Shown here piece after piece: positions 58,868 to 64,000 of a stretch of 64,000 nt of DNA. A program made the translations under genes and the position numbers. Numbering within the stretch: the first letter of the stretch is position 1; each line of letters opens with the position of its first letter. The notes under the pieces were generated by a model. The model saw only the letters and a list, made by a program, of their open reading frames with translations, was not told where the DNA came from and did not search any database. Source of the DNA: a virus; the IMG/VR virus record IMGVR_UViG_3300034105_002260. One strand, 5' to 3'.

Positions 58868-61354
58868 ATGGCACAAATAATTAAACACAGAAGAGGTCAA
58901 TTATCGGGAGTTAAGTCTTTAACGGCTAGAAACGCCGAATTCATTATCGCCTCAGGATCAATTTCAGACCTAAACGGACCATTCGTTTTCATCGGTTCAC
59001 CAAATGGAACAGATGAAGGAGTTGCAGGAGCATTTAAATCGGTATCAAAGGTCTATCAAGGAACTAACGCACCAACAATAACTGCTGGTTCATACGGTTC
59101 AATTTTAGACGGTACACCATTCTATGCAAGTGGTAACGAATCATTATACATTTTGAATAATGACGGTGCGGGAGGTAATACTAGACTTGACCTTACAGGT
59201 AACATTGAAGGTAATCTTATCTCTGGTGTAACAATAAACAATATTACAGGTACGACCGCAAATATTAAACATATTTCAGGTTCATTTACAGGTAGTGGTA
59301 TTGGTCTTTACGATATTCCGGCAAGTGGTATCACCGGATTGGAATTAAATAGAATTTCCTCTGGAGCGGCAACCGCATCCATTTCAGATGCTAATGGATT
59401 AAGAATTAATACTAAAACAGAAATCACAGGAGCGTTGATTGTAACTAGTGACATCACTGGTTCTAATTTGTATTTGAGTGGAAACGCTAAAATTGATGGT
59501 AACATCACTTTGGGTGGTAATATAACAGTTGGAGACTCAACAACAGATTTCGTTACATTTGGTGCGGATATTAGTTCCTCAATTGTTCCAGACATACATA
59601 ACGCATTTGATTTAGGTTCTTCAAGTAAAAATTGGAGAAACTTACACGTTAGTGGTACTGCGTATGTTGACGTATTGTCGGCAAGACAAGTTAATTTTAA
59701 CGACTTAGGAATCTTAACCGATTTATCTGTAAGTGGTAGTACATACTTAGGTAACGGTGGAGATATTACGGTTATTAGTGGTTCGATATATAACGATCAA
59801 TTAACAGAAAAAAGGTTGGTTGTTGTAGGAGCTCAAGGTTTATTAACTGATTACAGTGGTATAACTTTCGATAATGGTAATTTAAATGTTTCAGGAGCGA
59901 TAGAAGTAACTAACATTCAAGGTACTGGTTCATTATATTTGAAACCCGATTTAGACGACTCAAGACTTTTTGAAATTTATAATAGTGCGGCACCTTCAGG
60001 TTATACAGATATTCATTTTGTGGGTAATGCGGATTTAAATTTCTTCGGTGATGACACAAATTATTTAAAAATAGATGATAATGCACAAACTGTAACAATT
60101 GATAGTACATATGGTTTCTTTGTTGGTACAACATTACAAGCGCAAGATACTTCCGAATTACAAGGTGCGGTTGGAATGAATTCCACTTTGGATGTTACAG
60201 GTTCTGCAACTTTAAAATCAACTTTAGAAGCTCAAGGTGCGGTTGGAATGAATTCCACTTTGGATGTTACAGGTTCTGCAACTTTAAAATCAACTTTAGA
60301 AGTTAAAGGAGCAACTGGTTTAGACTCAACATTAGACGTTACGGGTTCTGCAACTTTAAAGTCAACCTTACAAGTAAACTCTACATCAGAATTAAAAGGT
60401 GCTGTTGGGATGAACTCAACATTAGATGTTACAGGTTCCGCACAATTCAAATCAACAATTAATGTTGATGGTATTGCAACAGTTTCATCTTCAGTTGTTG
60501 AAGACTTAACACAATATAGAGTTGTGGGTGTTGGTTCAGGTGGAGCTTTAATTGACTATAGTGGGTTAACATATAATGGTACAGTTTTACAAATTGGTGG
60601 TGGTAAATTTGAAGTTGATAACGCTGATGGTGATATCAGAACGTCAGGTTCATTAACAGTTAATGGTGGGCAAACATTCAATGGTAACACCACAATAAAT
60701 GGTATACTAACGGTAACAGGAAATACACAATTACAATCAAATTTATATGTGTCTGGTAACTTAGAAGTGTTGGGTTCATCAACAAGTGTAATTATACAAT
60801 CACAAACTGTTGAATTGGATGATAACATAATAAGATTAAACGCATATTCACCATTCCAACGTTACGCAGGTTTTGAAGTAATAGACTCAGGTTCTTCAGG
60901 TGTTTCAGCTTCTTTAGTTTGGGATTCACTAAACGACTATTGGATGTTCGTTTCTGCAAGTGGTCAATCAAGTAAATTAATTGGTACAACAGCAGGAACA
61001 TATGGTTCTGAGGTTAGTTTAACATCTGGAACATTCCCAATCGCTAACGGTAACAACACTATCGGTGATAGTTTATTAACTTATAGTGGGACAACATTAG
61101 CATTTAATACAAATAAATTTACCATTGACTCAGGAAACGGAAATACAATGGTATCTGGTAATTTCACATTATCATATTCAGGTGGAACCGATAACGGGTC
61201 TAAAACTTCAGCTATTTTATTTAGAAATTCAAGTAACGTAGTTGGTTTTGTTACAACAACAGAAACAACAGATGTTATGGATGGAATATTAGGATATAAA
61301 AATTCTGGAGGTGGTTTAGTTTTCTCGACAGTAATTGATGGTGGGACATACTAA
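58868..61354 (+). CDS. Tail fibre-like protein with beta-spiral repeats
   Basis: MAQIIKHRRG N-terminus, GNLEVLG...DDNIIRLN, C-terminal IDGGTY. Confidence 0.7.
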   Translation: MAQIIKHRRGQLSGVKSLTARNAEFIIASGSISDLNGPFVFIGSPNGTDEGVAGAFKSVSKVYQGTNAPTITAGSYGSILDGTPFYASGNESLYILNNDGAGGNTRLDLTGNIEGNLISGVTINNITGTTANIKHISGSFTGSGIGLYDIPASGITGLELNRISSGAATASISDANGLRINTKTEITGALIVTSDITGSNLYLSGNAKIDGNITLGGNITVGDSTTDFVTFGADISSSIVPDIHNAFDLGSSSKNWRNLHVSGTAYVDVLSARQVNFNDLGILTDLSVSGSTYLGNGGDITVISGSIYNDQLTEKRLVVVGAQGLLTDYSGITFDNGNLNVSGAIEVTNIQGTGSLYLKPDLDDSRLFEIYNSAAPSGYTDIHFVGNADLNFFGDDTNYLKIDDNAQTVTIDSTYGFFVGTTLQAQDTSELQGAVGMNSTLDVTGSATLKSTLEAQGAVGMNSTLDVTGSATLKSTLEVKGATGLDSTLDVTGSATLKSTLQVNSTSELKGAVGMNSTLDVTGSAQFKSTINVDGIATVSSSVVEDLTQYRVVGVGSGGALIDYSGLTYNGTVLQIGGGKFEVDNADGDIRTSGSLTVNGGQTFNGNTTINGILTVTGNTQLQSNLYVSGNLEVLGSSTSVIIQSQTVELDDNIIRLNAYSPFQRYAGFEVIDSGSSGVSASLVWDSLNDYWMFVSASGQSSKLIGTTAGTYGSEVSLTSGTFPIANGNNTIGDSLLTYSGTTLAFNTNKFTIDSGNGNTMVSGNFTLSYSGGTDNGSKTSAILFRNSSNVVGFVTTTETTDVMDGILGYKNSGGGLVFSTVIDGGTY
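60161..60460 (+). repeat. 72 bp (24 aa) tandem repeat
   Basis: 60161-60232 and 60233-60304 are near-identical; further diverged copies follow. Confidence 0.9.
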
Positions 61355-61372
61355 ATAAATTACAAATAAAAT

Positions 61373-61401
61373 AAGGGGAACTCAAAAGGTTCCCTTTTTT
61401 T
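61373..61401 (+). terminator. Intrinsic terminator
   Basis: GGGAAC...GTTCCC followed by T run. Confidence 0.8.
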
Positions 61402-61498
61402 ATTTATTTAATTGAAAGTTTTGTGTATTTATAATAAGATCTACATAGATCAAAATTAACCGTGGTATATACCACAAAACATAGGAGAGAACATATAT

Positions 61499-64000
61499 AT
61501 GTCACAAATAGTAAAACTACGTAGGAGTAGTGTATCTGGTCAAAAACCGACAAACTCAAACCTACAATTAGGTGAATTAGCATTAAATACTACCGACGGT
61601 AAGGTTTATATGGCTAAATCTGGTTCTCTCGGACCATCAGTTGAAGAACTGATAACAACAAACACGGTTAATACGGGCTCTTTACAATTAGTAGGTTCAA
61701 TTACAGCATCGGCATTTAGTGGTAGTGCTGTTGGTTTAACAAACGTACCATTTCAAATTTCAGGTTCTGATTTAGGTGGTAACACATATAACAAACAATT
61801 TACAAAATTACAATTTGACGATAGTACGGGATTAAACGTAAGTGAGTCTGTACCAGGTACCGCATTCATATCAATTGGTTCTCACTTTAAAGATATTTTT
61901 GTTTCAGGTTCTCCATTATTAAGTGCAACAGGTTCAGATGCGTTTGAAATTATACCGACAGGTGGAGTTGAAATTACAACATCAATTACAGATACAAATG
62001 GTAATGGTTATGTTAAAGAATTAAACATTAGCACAACAACATTATCTTCATCATTAAATAGTAGAATCAACGTTATAACGGGTTCTATTAATGGATTAAA
62101 CAACTTTACATCAAGTGTTGTATTAACATCACAAACGTCTTCAATGACGGTGTTGAGTGCATCTTACGCCGCAACAGCATCATTTGCATTAAATGCGGGT
62201 GGTGGAGGTTCAGCTATAGGTTCATATACTTCTTTAGTGGTTACAAGTGCATCGAGTACTTGGAGTTTTACACACAATACAGGACAAAGATACCCAATAT
62301 TTCAAGTATTTGATAATAATGGATATGTTGTTATACCAAGTCAAATTCAAACTATTGACGATAACAACGCAAATATTATTTTCCCAAGTCCACAAACAGG
62401 TAGAGTAATTGCATCACTAGGTGGTGGTAATGGAACAACACAACCATTCACAAGTTCATCTTTATGGACGGTTAATCATAATTTGGGAACAGATTATCCT
62501 GATGTAACAGTTTGGGATTCAAATAGAAATATTGTTTTTCCAAATAGAATAGAATCAGTTAATACCAACCAAGTAAAAATTTATTTTAGTCAGGCAATAT
62601 CTGGATATGTAAGTTTATCTAGAGGTGGACATATGGTAACTGGTAGTGGTCAGGTTAGTTTATCTGACATAACTTGGGTTAATTTATTAAACAAACCAAA
62701 CGATTTAGTTTCAGGTTCATCACAATTAACGGGGTCTTATGACACTCGTTATGTGTTAAGTGGATCAATTACACAAACAACTTGGGATAATATTGCAAAC
62801 AAACCAAGTGGATTAATATCAGGTTCAGTACAAGTAGAATTAACGGGGACAACAGGTTATTCAACATTTAGTTCATCTGTTGCAACAACAACTAGTGGTT
62901 TAACAAGTACAATTACAAGTTTAAGTTCATCATTAACATCTTCAATAGGTTCTTTATCTTCATCAGTAGCAACAACAACTAGTGGACTAAGTTCTTCTAT
63001 AGGAAGTTTAAGTTCAAGCGTTGCCTCAATTGATAATACACAAAATGGTAGATTAGATTCACTTGAAACTACTAGTGGTGGCATTAGAAGTGATTTTAAT
63101 ACATTCACATCATCTTATAATACAGGTTCATTTACCGGTTCATTCAAAGGTGACGGTACAAATCTTTATAACATTCCGGCAAGTGGGGTAACTGGGCTTA
63201 ATTTAAATAAAATAATTTCGGGTTCGGTTAGTGCATCAATATCACCAGATAGAGGTTTAGAAATAAACACAAATGTTTATATTGATGGTTCTTTAACCGC
63301 TAAAGAATTATTTATTAATTATATTTCCTCATCTGTTCTTTATCAAAGTGGTAGTACAAAATTTGGAGACACATCAGACGATAATCATTCATTTACGGGG
63401 TCGGTATTAGTTAATGGTAATGTTAGTGCAACATCAATAACAGGATCTATTAATTTTAATAATTTAACTAACGTACCTACATTAGTTTCAGGTTCATCAC
63501 AAATATTTACCGGTTACGATTATGAAATTCACGTTAGTCAAGTAGATGGAAACGATACAACCGGTAATGGTGGTTTACTTACTCCTGTAGCAAGTATTAC
63601 TAAGGCATTAACCTTAGTTACAGGACAACGCAGAACGGTTGTTATCCATCCAGGCAGTTATACTGAAAGTCCATCCATCACTACACAATATACAGTTTTA
63701 ACTACATTTGAACCATTAGGTGGAAATACCGCTATCATTGGAACAGTTAGTACATCCGTAGGTTGTACAATAGCAGGATTAGCAATTACAAATCTTACTA
63801 TTACTGCTGGTACTGGTGTTGGAGTTCCTAACATTATTAATTGTAATATAAGTGGAACATTAACTAAAAGTGGTAATGCTACTTTTACCGATATTCATAA
63901 CTGTGATATTGGTACTGCTTGTAATATAACAGGTACTGGACTTGTAACTATCAATGATGGTAATCCAAATTTTGTAACAGTAAATAATGCTGGTGCAAAT
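61499..64000 (+). CDS. Tail fibre/spike protein, 3' truncated (not in ORF track)
   Basis: MSQIVKLRRS...GELALNTTDGK N-terminus; later HVSQVDGNDTTGNG...PVASITKAL (DUF1565-like) preceding a beta-helix-like region; start and end are in the same frame. Confidence 0.8.
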   Translation, partial: MSQIVKLRRSSVSGQKPTNSNLQLGELALNTTDGKVYMAKSGSLGPSVEELITTNTVNTGSLQLVGSITASAFSGSAVGLTNVPFQISGSDLGGNTYNKQFTKLQFDDSTGLNVSESVPGTAFISIGSHFKDIFVSGSPLLSATGSDAFEIIPTGGVEITTSITDTNGNGYVKELNISTTTLSSSLNSRINVITGSINGLNNFTSSVVLTSQTSSMTVLSASYAATASFALNAGGGGSAIGSYTSLVVTSASSTWSFTHNTGQRYPIFQVFDNNGYVVIPSQIQTIDDNNANIIFPSPQTGRVIASLGGGNGTTQPFTSSSLWTVNHNLGTDYPDVTVWDSNRNIVFPNRIESVNTNQVKIYFSQAISGYVSLSRGGHMVTGSGQVSLSDITWVNLLNKPNDLVSGSSQLTGSYDTRYVLSGSITQTTWDNIANKPSGLISGSVQVELTGTTGYSTFSSSVATTTSGLTSTITSLSSSLTSSIGSLSSSVATTTSGLSSSIGSLSSSVASIDNTQNGRLDSLETTSGGIRSDFNTFTSSYNTGSFTGSFKGDGTNLYNIPASGVTGLNLNKIISGSVSASISPDRGLEINTNVYIDGSLTAKELFINYISSSVLYQSGSTKFGDTSDDNHSFTGSVLVNGNVSATSITGSINFNNLTNVPTLVSGSSQIFTGYDYEIHVSQVDGNDTTGNGGLLTPVASITKALTLVTGQRRTVVIHPGSYTESPSITTQYTVLTTFEPLGGNTAIIGTVSTSVGCTIAGLAITNLTITAGTGVGVPNIINCNISGTLTKSGNATFTDIHNCDIGTACNITGTGLVTINDGNPNFVTVNNAGAN

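Larger units (their letters stand above)
4200..61432 (+). promoter_or_regulatory. Dispersed TATTTAT motif, candidate phage late promoter
   Basis: Starts at 4200, 6539, 15008, 27241, 28214, 31728, 33038, 35294, 35958, 44143, 49143, 50862, 55451, 58064, 58836, 61426; mostly 5-25 nt before a start codon. Confidence 0.6.

Noticed and set aside
1-64000. Stop-codon reassignment as in some large phages
   Set aside because: Genes are intact in the standard code; TAA, TAG (21717, 40072, 50872) and TGA (45943) all end genes at sensible boundaries
1-64000. Eukaryotic giant virus or bacterial chromosome origin
   Set aside because: Sigma70, NusG and intrinsic terminators point to a bacterial host; baseplate genes with a T4-like replication set point to a phage

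Overview
A 64 kb AT-rich, gene-dense segment of a large myovirus-type dsDNA phage, read in the standard genetic code and almost entirely on the + strand. The host is probably Bacteroidota (inference: SprB repeats, A-rich leaders without SD, a TAnnTTTG promoter, Gln-start signal peptide, Hc1-like protein). Gene order: DnaB-like helicase (partial) and class Ia RNR (nrdB, nrdA); a ~31 kb baseplate/virion block with gp25- and gp6-like genes and seven Pro-Thr-linker modular proteins (vWA, cadherin, SprB, Hint payloads) interleaved with two nucleotidyltransferases; RuvC, primase, exonuclease and SbcD/SbcC split around an NlaIII/IceA1-like endonuclease; ClpP, envelope proteins, sigma70, a degenerate amidase, acidic proteins, Hc1, an N6A MTase, NusG, AAA ATPase, Trx and Grx; then three tail-fibre-like genes, the last truncated. 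Main leads: (1) a solitary CATG-type restriction nuclease in a window where I could find no CATG; (2) a modular Pro-Thr adhesin display array with NTases and a Hint domain; (3) pervasive [ST]GxT and [ST]GS motifs in virion proteins; (4) a TATTTAT late-promoter candidate; (5) a candidate small RNA; (6) a candidate -1 frameshift. All family calls are from motif recognition by eye, with no database search. No tRNA, rRNA or CRISPR array was seen.
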